A DNA stretch of 63,902 nt, the filler included, from Myxococcota bacterium (GTDB lineage: Bacteria > Myxococcota > Myxococcia > Myxococcales > Myxococcaceae): assembly GCA_049322255.1 (NCBI GenBank). It is 3 parts of 3 records of this genome, joined end to end, with 100 filler letters (N's around TTAATTAATTAA, not from the genome) between each part and the next. Parts side by side here need not be neighbours in the genome. Positions count along the whole stretch, not along the records: positions 1 to 25,148 come from JBMORE010000056.1; positions 25,249 to 50,295 come from JBMORE010000057.1; 1 more part is not named here. One strand, 5' to 3'. The notes beneath the pieces were generated by a model that had not been told where the DNA came from, did not search any database, and was given only the letters and a program-made list of their open reading frames with translations. Each line of letters opens with the position of its first letter. Within the stretch, counting starts at the first letter, position 1. This document shows, in pieces, positions 16,786 to 25,710 of this stretch. The position numbers and the translations under genes are program-made.

Positions 16786-19050
16786 ATGACACACCGCTTC
16801 GCCGCCGCCGTCGTCGCCGTCGCAGCCCTGATGCCGGCGAAGGCCCTCGCTCAAGGCATGCTGATTCCCACCGACACTCGCCTGCAGCCGTTGGGCATCA
16901 AGTACCAGCGGGTGAGCGCGGAAATCAAAGACGGCGCCGCGGTGACCAAGGTGGAGCAGGTGTTCGTCAACGACGGCCCTCGCCAGCTGGAGGCGCACTA
17001 CGTCTTCCCGCTGCCCAAGGGCGCCGCGCTGTCCGAGTTCTACCTGTGGATCAACGGGCAAAAGACCAAGGGCGAGGTGATGGAGAAGGAGAAAGCGGCC
17101 TCCATCTACGAGGGCATCGTCCGCCGGCTGCAAGACCCGGGGTTGCTCGAGTACATCGACTCCGACGTCTTCCGCGCGCGTGTCTTCCCCGTGCCGGCCA
17201 AGGGCGAGCAGCGCATCGAGCTCACCTTCTCCCAGGTGCTCGACTTTTCCAGCGGGCTCTATCGGTACCACTACCCGCTGGGGGCGAGCGCGCGGGGGGC
17301 GCCGCCGCTCAAGGTGCGGCAGGACTTCACCTTCAGCGCGAAGATTTCCGCCAAGCTGCCGCTGCGCAGCATCTATTCACCCACCCATCCGCTGGGCGTT
17401 GCCCGCAAGGGTGAGAATTCGGCGGTGGTGGGGTTGGAGCAGGGGGCGGGCGCCGACATCTCCAAGGACTTGGACCTCTACTTCTCCGTCTCCGACAAGG
17501 CGATCGGGCTGTCGCTGCTCACGTACAAAGAAGCCAGCGAGCCCGGTTACTTCCTCGCCCTCGTCTCCCCGAAGACCGACTTCCAGAAGGAGGAGATTCT
17601 CGGCAAGAACATCACCTTCGTCATCGATACCTCGGGGTCGATGATGGGCAAGCGCATTGGGCTGGCGCGCGACTCGCTCAAGTACTGCGTCACCCGGCTC
17701 AACCCGCAGGACAAGTTCAACGTGGTGCGCTTCTCCACCGACGTGGAGGCGCTCTTCGAGGCGCCCGCCCAGGCCACGTCCGCGGCGATCGAGAAGGCGG
17801 TGTCCTTCGTGAGCTCGATGGAGGCGCTGGGGGGCACCGCCATCGACGAGGCAATGCGGCGCGCGCTCAAAGACGGCGTGGGTGCGAGCCAGAGCCCGCA
17901 CATCGTGATGTTCATCACCGACGGCCAGCCCACCGTGGGCGAAACCGACGAGAGCCACATCGCCCAGAACGCCCGCGCCGCCAGCGGGGGCCGCTCCCGC
18001 GTCTTCACCTTCGGCGTGGGAGAGGACTTGAACGCTCGGTTGCTCGACCGGCTCGCCGCTGAAGGCAACGGCACCAGTGAGTTCGTGCGCGACGGCAAGG
18101 AATTCGAGACGAAAATCTCCGGCTTCTACGACAAGGTCAGCCACCCGGTGCTCGCCGACCTCGCGCTCGACCTGGCCTCCATCGCCGCCTACGACATTTA
18201 CCCCAAGAAGCTGCCCGACTTGTTCAAGGGAACGCAGCTGGTGGTGATGGGCCGCTACCGCGAGAGCGGCGATGCCAAGGTAAAGCTCACCGGGCACGTG
18301 AACGGCGACAAGCGAGTCTTCGAATACGGTGCCACCGCGCCCAGGGAGGCGAAGGCCGACGGTTTCATTCCCCGCCTGTGGGCGATTCGAAAGGTGGGTT
18401 ACCTGCTCGAGGAAATTCGGCTGCGAGGAGAAAAGCCCGAGCTGCGCCAGGAGATTGTCGCGCTGGGAAAGAAGTTCGGCATTGTCACTCCGTACACCTC
18501 CTACCTGGTGGTCGAGGACCAGCCGGCGGTGGCGCAGCGGCCGCCACCGGTGTCGCCTTGGGGGCCGATGGACCCTCGCGTCCAACCGCCGCGGCGCAGC
18601 TTCGCTCCCGAGCCGAGGGCGGCGGCGCCCGCAGCACCCGGGGCTGCACCGGCGGAGGAGGACTTCTCGGCCTTCGGCGCGGGCGAGAAAGCCATGGGCA
18701 GCGCGGAAGGCAAGGGCGGCATCGCGGTCTCCAGGGAAACCAAAAAGATGAAGGAGGAAGTTCGCGGCCCCAAGAGCAGCGAGCCAGTGCGTGTGGCCGG
18801 CGGCCGCACCTACGTGTTCCGCAGCGGCGGGTGGATTGACAGCGAGGCTCTGGAGAACCCGGGCCAGCAGCTCAAGGTGAAGTACCTCTCCGAGGCGTAC
18901 TTCGCACTGCTCAAGGCGCGCCCCGAGCTCAAAGCGGCGCTGGCGCTGGGCGACCGGGTGGTGGTCGTGGTGGGCAAGGGCAAGAGCATCGTCGTCGCGC
19001 CCACCGACGGTGAGGAGAAGCGGGAGAAGGTGGAGGTGTTCTTGAGGTAG
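16786..19050 (+). CDS. Secreted VIT + von Willebrand A domain protein (inter-alpha-trypsin inhibitor-like)
   Basis: Signal peptide ALA-Q; VEQVFVN...YVFPLP; MIDAS DTSGS, GGT, ITDG; IVTPYTSYLV. Confidence 0.9.
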   Translation: MTHRFAAAVVAVAALMPAKALAQGMLIPTDTRLQPLGIKYQRVSAEIKDGAAVTKVEQVFVNDGPRQLEAHYVFPLPKGAALSEFYLWINGQKTKGEVMEKEKAASIYEGIVRRLQDPGLLEYIDSDVFRARVFPVPAKGEQRIELTFSQVLDFSSGLYRYHYPLGASARGAPPLKVRQDFTFSAKISAKLPLRSIYSPTHPLGVARKGENSAVVGLEQGAGADISKDLDLYFSVSDKAIGLSLLTYKEASEPGYFLALVSPKTDFQKEEILGKNITFVIDTSGSMMGKRIGLARDSLKYCVTRLNPQDKFNVVRFSTDVEALFEAPAQATSAAIEKAVSFVSSMEALGGTAIDEAMRRALKDGVGASQSPHIVMFITDGQPTVGETDESHIAQNARAASGGRSRVFTFGVGEDLNARLLDRLAAEGNGTSEFVRDGKEFETKISGFYDKVSHPVLADLALDLASIAAYDIYPKKLPDLFKGTQLVVMGRYRESGDAKVKLTGHVNGDKRVFEYGATAPREAKADGFIPRLWAIRKVGYLLEEIRLRGEKPELRQEIVALGKKFGIVTPYTSYLVVEDQPAVAQRPPPVSPWGPMDPRVQPPRRSFAPEPRAAAPAAPGAAPAEEDFSAFGAGEKAMGSAEGKGGIAVSRETKKMKEEVRGPKSSEPVRVAGGRTYVFRSGGWIDSEALENPGQQLKVKYLSEAYFALLKARPELKAALALGDRVVVVVGKGKSIVVAPTDGEEKREKVEVFLR

Positions 19051-19088
19051 GCTCCATCGCGGCCGGTTCGCCCTGACGGATTCCTCCC

Positions 19089-21068
19089 ATGCGTCTATTG
19101 GTAGTGCTGGCTATGGCCGTCCTCGCCCTTTCCGGGTGCGGGCGAACGCGGACTCTCTCGTACGGTGACCCCAAGGTCGAGCTGACTCCCGACGAGCTCG
19201 ACCTGGGCACCACGCTGCCGGGTAAGAAGCTCGTGGGCGAGCTTTTGCTCCAGAACACCAGCCGGCGTGACGTGACCGGCATCTCCTTCTCCATCGAGGC
19301 GGAACGCGCCGGTCAGTTCGTGGTGGAGGGCGTGCCGACTTCACTGGGGTGGGGGAAGAGTGTCGCTCTCGAGGTGAGCTACTTGGGGGAGATGCCGCCA
19401 AGGAGCGACGAGGCGCGGCTGACCATCACTTCCAACGCGCTGGTGGTGAGCGCACGCCTGTTCGGCCGGACGCTCGACCCCTGCGAGGTTGCGTTGTGCG
19501 ATCCAGCGCCCGACGTTTGTCACAGCCGCGGCCGCTGCGAGGAGGGGCGTTGTGTGCACGACGTGCTGGTGGGCAAAAGCTGCGACGACCAGGACAGGTG
19601 CACCGTGTCTGATGTGTGTGGGCTCGATGGCGTTTGCCGGGGCTCGCAAGTGGAGTGTGCAGGCCCGCCTTCTCCCACCTGCCTCGACGCCGACACCCTC
19701 TCGACCTGGGAGTCGCCGGGAACGTGCACCCAAGGCGGCTGCACCTACGGCCGTGTGCTGACGAAGTGTCCCTTCGGCTGCCGATCTGGTGCCTGCTTCG
19801 ACCCATGCGCGCAAGTCACGTGCAACTCGCCGCCGTCGGTGTGCCACAAACCCACGGGCACCTGCGTGGCCCAACTTCCGCTCGGACGGTGTGTCTACGA
19901 GCTCGACAACGGCAAAGGGTGCAACGACGGCGATCCCTGCTCGGTGCAGGACACATGCAGCGAGGGTGTCTGCCGAGGGACGCCGATGGTGTGCCAGACC
20001 CCTCCTGCGCCCACCTGCCTCGATGCCGACAACTCCGAGGTGCATGATCCGGTGGGGGTCTGCCAAGCAGGGGTGTGCGTCTACGCCAAGCGAAGCGTGT
20101 TTTGCCCCATCGCCTGCCTGCGCGGGCAGTGCATGGCGAGCTGCACCACCTCGTTCGTCGCGGGCAGCGGCGTCGACGGCTACTTGGAGGGGGCGGCGAG
20201 TAATGCACGCTTCTCCACCCCCTACAGCCTGACAGTCGACGCGTCCGGGGTCATCTTCGTCAACGACACCGGCAACGGCCGTGTGCGGCAAATCGCCAAT
20301 GGCGTGGTGAGCACTCCGCCCGGCGGCTCCGGCTTCAGCGGCAATCACGACGTGGTGCTCGACGGTGCGGGAGGCCTCCTGGTCGCCGAAATCGGTCGGG
20401 TGGTGCGCGTGTTCAACGGCGTGCAGACCACAGTCGCCGGTACCGGGCCACTGAGCCCTGGGTTCCGTGACGGGCCGGCGGCGCAGGCGCAGTTCGGTCA
20501 GGAGGTGAGCGTGTGCGGCACCAGCAGCGGCACCGTCTTCGTGGCCGACGCCGAGAACCAGCGCATTCGCATGGTACAAAACGGCCAGGTGAGCACCTAC
20601 GCGGGGGTCGGATTCCCGGGCCAGGTGAACGGGCCGAACGCGCTGGCGTCCTTCAACCACCCGCATGAGCTCGTCTTCGCCAACGGTGTGCTCTACGTGC
20701 CTGACACCTCGAACCATTCGGTGCGCACGGTGAGTGCCACCACCACCGCCACGCTGGCGGGAAACGGCACTCCCGGGTTTTCGAACGGCGCGCCCTTGGC
20801 TGCCCGCTTCAACAATCCCCTCGACCTCGCGCTCGACCCCGAAGGGGCGGTCTACGTCGCCGATTCGGGCAACCACTGTATTCGGCGTATCAGCCCCACC
20901 CGGGTCACCACTTTCGCCGGTACCTGTCAGTTTCCCGGCTATCAAGAGGGGCCGGCGTTCACTGCCCGCTTCCGCGCTCCCGCCGGCATCGCCATCACTT
21001 CGGCGGCGGAGCTCTTCATCTCGGATACCGAGAACAACCGTATTCGGCGCATCGATTGTCTGCCGTGA
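19089..21068 (+). CDS. Lipoprotein with Ig-like domain, Cys-rich repeats and NHL beta-propeller
   Basis: Lipobox LSG-C; duplicated CDDQDRCTVSDVC / CNDGDPCSVQDTC units; repeated ARF..P...YVADSGNH.IR. Confidence 0.85.
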   Translation: MRLLVVLAMAVLALSGCGRTRTLSYGDPKVELTPDELDLGTTLPGKKLVGELLLQNTSRRDVTGISFSIEAERAGQFVVEGVPTSLGWGKSVALEVSYLGEMPPRSDEARLTITSNALVVSARLFGRTLDPCEVALCDPAPDVCHSRGRCEEGRCVHDVLVGKSCDDQDRCTVSDVCGLDGVCRGSQVECAGPPSPTCLDADTLSTWESPGTCTQGGCTYGRVLTKCPFGCRSGACFDPCAQVTCNSPPSVCHKPTGTCVAQLPLGRCVYELDNGKGCNDGDPCSVQDTCSEGVCRGTPMVCQTPPAPTCLDADNSEVHDPVGVCQAGVCVYAKRSVFCPIACLRGQCMASCTTSFVAGSGVDGYLEGAASNARFSTPYSLTVDASGVIFVNDTGNGRVRQIANGVVSTPPGGSGFSGNHDVVLDGAGGLLVAEIGRVVRVFNGVQTTVAGTGPLSPGFRDGPAAQAQFGQEVSVCGTSSGTVFVADAENQRIRMVQNGQVSTYAGVGFPGQVNGPNALASFNHPHELVFANGVLYVPDTSNHSVRTVSATTTATLAGNGTPGFSNGAPLAARFNNPLDLALDPEGAVYVADSGNHCIRRISPTRVTTFAGTCQFPGYQEGPAFTARFRAPAGIAITSAAELFISDTENNRIRRIDCLP

Positions 21069-21069
21069 G

Positions 21070-21103
21070 CCCCTCACCCCCGCCCTCTCCCAGGGGGAGA
21101 GGG
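21070..21103. repeat. CCCTCTCCC-type repeat, copy 2 (between convergent genes)
   Basis: cccctcacccccgccctctcccagggggagaggg. Confidence 0.8.
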
Positions 21104-21105
21104 AG

Positions 21106-21777
21106 TCAGACGTCGGCGGAGGGACGCACACCGAGCTGGAGGGCGAGCAGCGCCAGCTGGGTTCGGTTTTCCGACCCGAGCTTTTGGTAGAGCTTCGACA
21201 TATGCGCCTTCACCGTGCGCTCGGAGATGTGGAGAAGGGTGGCGATCTTGAGGTTGTCGGCGCCAGCGGCCACGCAGGAGAGCACCTGGCGCTCACGCAA
21301 AGAGAGCGAGTGAAGCAGGGGAGGCACCGGGTCGCTTCCCGCAGCCACCAGCGGGTTGGGCATGGAGTCGACCGGGAAGAGCCGCTCGCCGCGCGCCAGC
21401 GCGTTGACGGCGGCGATCATCGAGTCGCTCGTGGCGGCATGCGTGTCGAGGTAGCCGGCCGCCCCTTCGCGGTAGCACAGGTCGGAGGAGGGGCGCCCAC
21501 CGTTGGCCAGCACCAACAGCCGCAGACTGGGATGGTGAAGGTGCACCTCTTTGAGCAGGTGTGCACCGTCGCCATTCTCTGAATACGCCAAGGGCGGAGC
21601 GAGATCGGCAACCGCGACGGCGGGACGGTCGCTGGGGACGTTGGCCAAAAATTCGCCTGCGCTGCCGTACTGCCCCACCACCTCGAAGCCCGAGCTCGCG
21701 AGCAGCGCGGCCAGGCGCTCTCGGAAGAGCCGCTGCTGCTCCAGGAGACTCACTCGCACCGGCGCTTGCATTTCCAT
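21106..21777 (-). CDS. fruA: FruA-like atypical response regulator (pseudo-receiver + LuxR HTH)
   Basis: RVSLLE, GERLFPV, GADNLKIA, ENRTQLAL...LGVRP match M. xanthus FruA as I recall it; receiver lacks the canonical acidic pair, Thr/Ser and Lys. Confidence 0.7.
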   Translation of the reverse strand: MEMQAPVRVSLLEQQRLFRERLAALLASSGFEVVGQYGSAGEFLANVPSDRPAVAVADLAPPLAYSENGDGAHLLKEVHLHHPSLRLLVLANGGRPSSDLCYREGAAGYLDTHAATSDSMIAAVNALARGERLFPVDSMPNPLVAAGSDPVPPLLHSLSLRERQVLSCVAAGADNLKIATLLHISERTVKAHMSKLYQKLGSENRTQLALLALQLGVRPSADV

Positions 21778-21905
21778 CAGTGTCACCCCCGCGGTGGGCC
21801 CTTGGCGAATCGGGCGGCGGACCATAGCTAGCAGAGGCCGAGCGCACGATTGGCCGTCACGCCCCCCCTTGTGTTCGAAAGCACGCTCGCCAGGGCCAAA
21901 AACGC

Positions 21906-21939
21906 GTGGGTGGAAGGACACCTCGTTGGACGTACGACA
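21906..21939 (-). promoter_or_regulatory. Tandem MrpC-type boxes upstream of the fruA-like gene
   Basis: Minus strand TGTC-N8-AAC (21939-21925) fits TGTY-N8-RAC; TGTC-N8-CAC (21920-21906) has one mismatch. Confidence 0.5.
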
Positions 21940-21999
21940 CCAGTGGCGTGCGCCCCTCCCCACGCCCAAGTTCGTTTCGTCCAGCCAAGGGAGGTGAAT

Positions 22000-22305
22000 G
22001 TGGGGCGGAAGCGGAACGGGAAGGGCGGAATGACGGTACGGGAGGCGGGGGCGTTGGGTGGGCAAGCACGCAAGGCGCAGCTGGGCTCGTCGGGCTACGC
22101 GGCGCTCGGCCGCAAGGGTGGAGAGAAAGTGGCCGCCCAGCGCGGCTCGGCCTTCTACGCCACCATCGGACAAAAAGGCGGAGCGGCGCGCAAGGCGGGC
22201 ACCGAGGGCTCGAGGCATGCGGAGGAGCATGATCCACAAGGCGCGCAAGGAGAGGAATTGCCGGAGGTGGAAGCGCAGCCTTTGCGCGATGGCACCCTTC
22301 CTTGA
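22000..22305 (+). CDS. KGG-repeat general stress protein
   Basis: GGAGG RBS then GTG; MTVREAG.LGG, GRKGGE, IGQKGG repeats. Confidence 0.8.
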   Translation: MGRKRNGKGGMTVREAGALGGQARKAQLGSSGYAALGRKGGEKVAAQRGSAFYATIGQKGGAARKAGTEGSRHAEEHDPQGAQGEELPEVEAQPLRDGTLP

Positions 22306-22317
22306 GGCTCGTCGAGC

Positions 22318-22333
22318 TGGCGTGGTCCTTGCT
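22318..22333 (+). promoter_or_regulatory. Sigma54-type -24/-12 promoter
   Basis: TGGCGTGGTCCTTGCT with correct GG-N10-GC spacing, 12 nt before the CBS gene ATG. Confidence 0.55.
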
Positions 22334-22345
22334 CACACGACGCAC

Positions 22346-22792
22346 ATGACCCAGACGACCATCTCAGAGTTCATGACCCGCAGTCCGCACTCCATTGGTG
22401 TCGACCGCAGCATGGAAGACGCCCACCGCCTGATGCGCGAGCACCGCATTCGCCATCTCCCTGTGCTCGAGGGGGGAAGCCTCGTCGGGCTGGTCAGCGA
22501 GCGCGACCTTCACCTGATGGAGACCCTCAAAGACGTCGATCCCCGCTCGGTCACCGTGGAGGAGGCGATGAGTCAGGACGTCTTCACCGTTCGCCCCGAC
22601 TCCTCGCTCGCTCAGGTGGCCGACACCATGGCCAAGAAGAAGCTCGGGTCGGCGGTGGTGATGGACGAGGCCAAGGTCGTCGGGGTGTTCACCACCATCG
22701 ATGCTCTGCGTGCGCTCGCCGAAACCCTGGGCCGCCCGCGCCGCTCCATTCGTCGAAGCGTTGCTGCAAAACGCGCGCGTCAGGTGCGCTAG
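22346..22792 (+). CDS. CBS-pair domain protein
   Basis: MTRSP...IRHLPVLE..LVGLVSERDL; second CBS VVGVFTTIDAL. Confidence 0.9.
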   Translation: MTQTTISEFMTRSPHSIGVDRSMEDAHRLMREHRIRHLPVLEGGSLVGLVSERDLHLMETLKDVDPRSVTVEEAMSQDVFTVRPDSSLAQVADTMAKKKLGSAVVMDEAKVVGVFTTIDALRALAETLGRPRRSIRRSVAAKRARQVR

Positions 22793-22836
22793 GGCTGTCA
22801 GGGCCGCAGCTTTAGGAAATCCAAGGAGGAGCACCG

Positions 22837-23109
22837 ATGGCGACCAACAAGGATCAAATCAGACAGGATTTGCGTGACGCGATGACCCAGCTCAAGACCA
22901 TGCGCGACGAGATTCGCGTGCACGCGCACTTGGGAAGCATGGAGCTCAAAGACACCTGGGAGAAGCTCGAACCGCGCTTCCACGACGCCGAGCGTTACCT
23001 GGAGGAAATCTCCGAAGCCTCGCGCAATGCGATGCACGACTTGGTGAGGCGCTACCGCCAGCTGCGCGACGCGCTCAAGGCAGTTCGGGAGCAACAAAAG
23101 GCGCACTGA
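22837..23109 (+). CDS. Small helical hypothetical protein
   Basis: AGGAGG RBS; LKTMRDEIRVHAHLGSMELKDTWE. Confidence 0.75.
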   Translation: MATNKDQIRQDLRDAMTQLKTMRDEIRVHAHLGSMELKDTWEKLEPRFHDAERYLEEISEASRNAMHDLVRRYRQLRDALKAVREQQKAH

Positions 23110-23131
23110 AGGGGCGCGCGGGCGTTGCCTC

Positions 23132-23554
23132 CTAGCGAACGATGAGCACCGGCTTTTGGCAGATGTGCACGAGCCGGTTGGAAACGCTTCCGACCAGGGC
23201 CCGGGTGAGCGCGCCTTTGCCTCCGCTGCCCACCACCACCAAGTCGACATCGGCGGCCGAAGCAGCGTCGGCGATCGCTTCGGCGGCCGAGCCGTGCAGC
23301 ACCTGCCCTTCCGTCGACACCTTCTCGCCGAAGTCTTCTTCGAGCTCTTCCACCAGTTGCTTGGCATAGCGCTCGTACGAGCGGTGATATTCAGACCAGG
23401 CCTCCCCCCGGCCCTCGGTGGCCCACTCGGGTGGAGCAGGCGCGACGTGGACGACGGTGAGCCTTGCCCCGGTGGCGCGGGCAATGTCAGCCGCCAGCTG
23501 GGTGGCCTGACGGCTCTGCTCGGATTCATCGACCGCCACGAGGATTCGTTTCAT
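23132..23554 (-). CDS. Universal stress protein (UspA family)
   Basis: KRILVAVDES; DLVVVGSGG...LVGSVS...PVLIV. Confidence 0.92.
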   Translation of the reverse strand: MKRILVAVDESEQSRQATQLAADIARATGARLTVVHVAPAPPEWATEGRGEAWSEYHRSYERYAKQLVEELEEDFGEKVSTEGQVLHGSAAEAIADAASAADVDLVVVGSGGKGALTRALVGSVSNRLVHICQKPVLIVR

Positions 23555-23629
23555 CTCCACCTCCTAAAGAGGAGTTGGGTGCATTTCCCGGACCGTCCAG
23601 GGGAGCCTCCGGGGTAGTGTGGTCGAGAT

Positions 23630-24076
23630 ATGGATTCTTTGACCGCGGGCGTGAAAGCCCTTCAGCAGATGCCCCTCTTGGCCAACCTCCCCCATGGCGA
23701 GCTGGAGACCCTCGCGGAGCGGCTGAAGCTCGAACGCTACGATTCGGGCGCGGAGATCATTCGCCAGGGCACGAGCGGCTCTTCCGCCTACTTCGTCGTC
23801 TCTGGCAAGTGTGAGGTGCGGCGCAAAACCCCTCGGGGCAAGCGCAGGCTCGCCTTCCTCGAACCGGGAGACTTCTTCGGGGAGCTGTCCATCGTCGCGC
23901 CCGCCCCGCGCTCGGCCACGGTGACCACCTGCGAGCCCACCGTGGTGTTGGTGCTCACCGAGTACCAGTTTCGGGCCGCGCTGCGCTCGAATCGGGCGAT
24001 GGCGTTGCACCTGGTGAAGGTGCTCGCCGAGCGGCTCCAGCGGGCAGTCGACGAGTTCACCGAGGCCACGCGCTGA
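23630..24076 (+). CDS. Stand-alone cyclic nucleotide-binding domain protein
   Basis: IIRQG, GDFFGELS, PRSATV; no HTH. Confidence 0.88.
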   Translation: MDSLTAGVKALQQMPLLANLPHGELETLAERLKLERYDSGAEIIRQGTSGSSAYFVVSGKCEVRRKTPRGKRRLAFLEPGDFFGELSIVAPAPRSATVTTCEPTVVLVLTEYQFRAALRSNRAMALHLVKVLAERLQRAVDEFTEATR

Positions 24077-24165
24077 CCTCGTTCGGCTGTTCGACATCGA
24101 CCATTCGCGCAAGGATTTCGGGCGCCACCAGGGTGTGAGCCGAATCGCGCGTTGAGTTGAATTGA

Positions 24166-24183
24166 CTGTCCCGCGCCTGACAG
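24166..24183. promoter_or_regulatory. Palindromic operator upstream of nosZ
   Basis: CTGTC-N8-GACAG perfect inverted repeat. Confidence 0.4.
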
Positions 24184-24354
24184 AGAAGGCCGGCGTTCGC
24201 CCTGCCTACGAGCTCGTCGTTCGGTGCGCGCGCACGATTTTCTGAGCCCGCGGGCTGCACGCAGATCGTGCGAGCTCCGACGCGGTGCGTCCCAGCGAAG
24301 GCGATGGGCACGTTCGTTGAAATCGGCCTCAGGCGATTTCTCTTCGGAGGCACC

Positions 24355-25148
24355 ATGAAAAGGAAATTCCTGCTGCTGACACTTCTGCTCGTCGTCGCCT
24401 TTGCCATCGGCCAGACGTTGCGCCCCGACGGTCCGGTAGCTGAAGCGCAGGCGGCGAGCCGAAACGAGCTGGACGAAATCGTTCAGGCTCGAAAGCTCAC
24501 TCCCGATGAAGCGGCCGCCGCGCTGAAGACCTTCGTTCCTCCCGGCCGCTTCGACGACTTCATGATGGTCACCTCGGGAGGTCACCGAGGCTCGGTGCTC
24601 CTCTTCGGCGTGCCCTCGATGCGCCTGCTGAAGGAGATCCCCGTTTACGCGCCCGACCCATGGCAGGGTTGGGGTCAAGGCGGTGTGCACTCCGCCCAGA
24701 TGTTCAAGGAGGGCTCCTTCGGACCGGGGCTGCCAACCTTGACGTGGGGCGATTTGCACCACCCGCAGATTTCGCTGACCCGGGGCAAGTACGACGGTGA
24801 ATGGATCGCGGTGTCGGACAAGTCGGCCGGCCGCGTGGGCATCGTTTCGCTGCGCGACTTCAAGACGAAGACCATCTTCAAGACGCCGAACACGGTGTCG
24901 GACCATCACGCGCTCTGGACCGACGACAGCGAGTACCTCGTCCAAAGCTCGTTCTTCCCCGTGCCGTTCGCCGAGCCGAAGGGTTACGCCGCCATCGAGC
25001 AGTTCAAGGAGAAGTACCGGGGGACGGTGAGCTTCCTCAAGTTCGACCGCACCGCGGGGAGAATCGTCGTGGCGGACTCGTTCCAGGTCGAGCTGCCGCC
25101 CTACTTCCAAGACATGTCCATTCTCGGCCGGGGGCCCTCGGAGGGGCT
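24355..25148 (+). CDS. nosZ: Nitrous oxide reductase, Sec-dependent (clade II-like), truncated by contig end
   Basis: GGAGG RBS; Sec-like signal without a twin-Arg motif; SGGH.G, GVPSMRLLK.IPV, WGDLHHP (CuZ His pair), YDG.W, LRDFKTK, FQVELPPY. Confidence 0.85.
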
Positions 25149-25248
25149 NNNNNNNNNNNNNNNNNNNNNNNNNNNNNNNNNNNNNNNNNNNNTTAATTAA
25201 TTAANNNNNNNNNNNNNNNNNNNNNNNNNNNNNNNNNNNNNNNNNNNN
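25149..25248. other. Artificial 100-nt contig linker
   Basis: N44-TTAATTAATTAA-N44, stops in all six frames. Confidence 0.97.
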
Positions 25249-25562
25249 AGGGCGAAGGGCAAGACCTCGAGTCGCTCCATCGAGATTGGCTGGCCGCAGT
25301 CCACGCACACGCCGAAGACGCCCGCGTCGATGCGCTGCAGGGCAGCGTCGATGAGGAGGATTTCCTTGCGCTGCGCCTCCATCAGGTGGGACAGGGTGTA
25401 ATGCGCCAGCTCCACCTGCGCGTTCTCTTCGTACTCGGGGTCGCGTTCCTGTTCTTTGAGGGCTTGCGCTTCGTGCCGGGCTGCGAGCGCGGTCTTCAAG
25501 ATGTCCCTCCGCCGGCGCAGCAGGAGCTTGCGAATCTTCATGACGTCGGTTCCTCGGGCCAT
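25249..25562 (-). CDS. DksA/TraR C4 zinc-finger protein, 3' truncated
   Basis: [43 protein letters not shown]. Confidence 0.88.
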
Positions 25563-25710
25563 GGCGCTCGTGCCTCCTTTTTGGCGCAACACGACCAAAG
25601 CTAGGGACGTGGCGGGTGGGCGCAACGACACCGTGTTCGCCACCGTGGTCTCGTTCGTGGAGCAAGCGGGCGAAGGCGAAGCGCGAGGGCCTGTGCTAAC
25701 TCAGTGGCCG

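Noticed and set aside
25149..25248. TTAATTAATTAA palindrome in an N-run (also 50296-50395), and the apparent nosZ-dksA and folD-rpsF adjacency
   Set aside because: Identical artificial spacers; gene neighbourhood across them is not biological evidence
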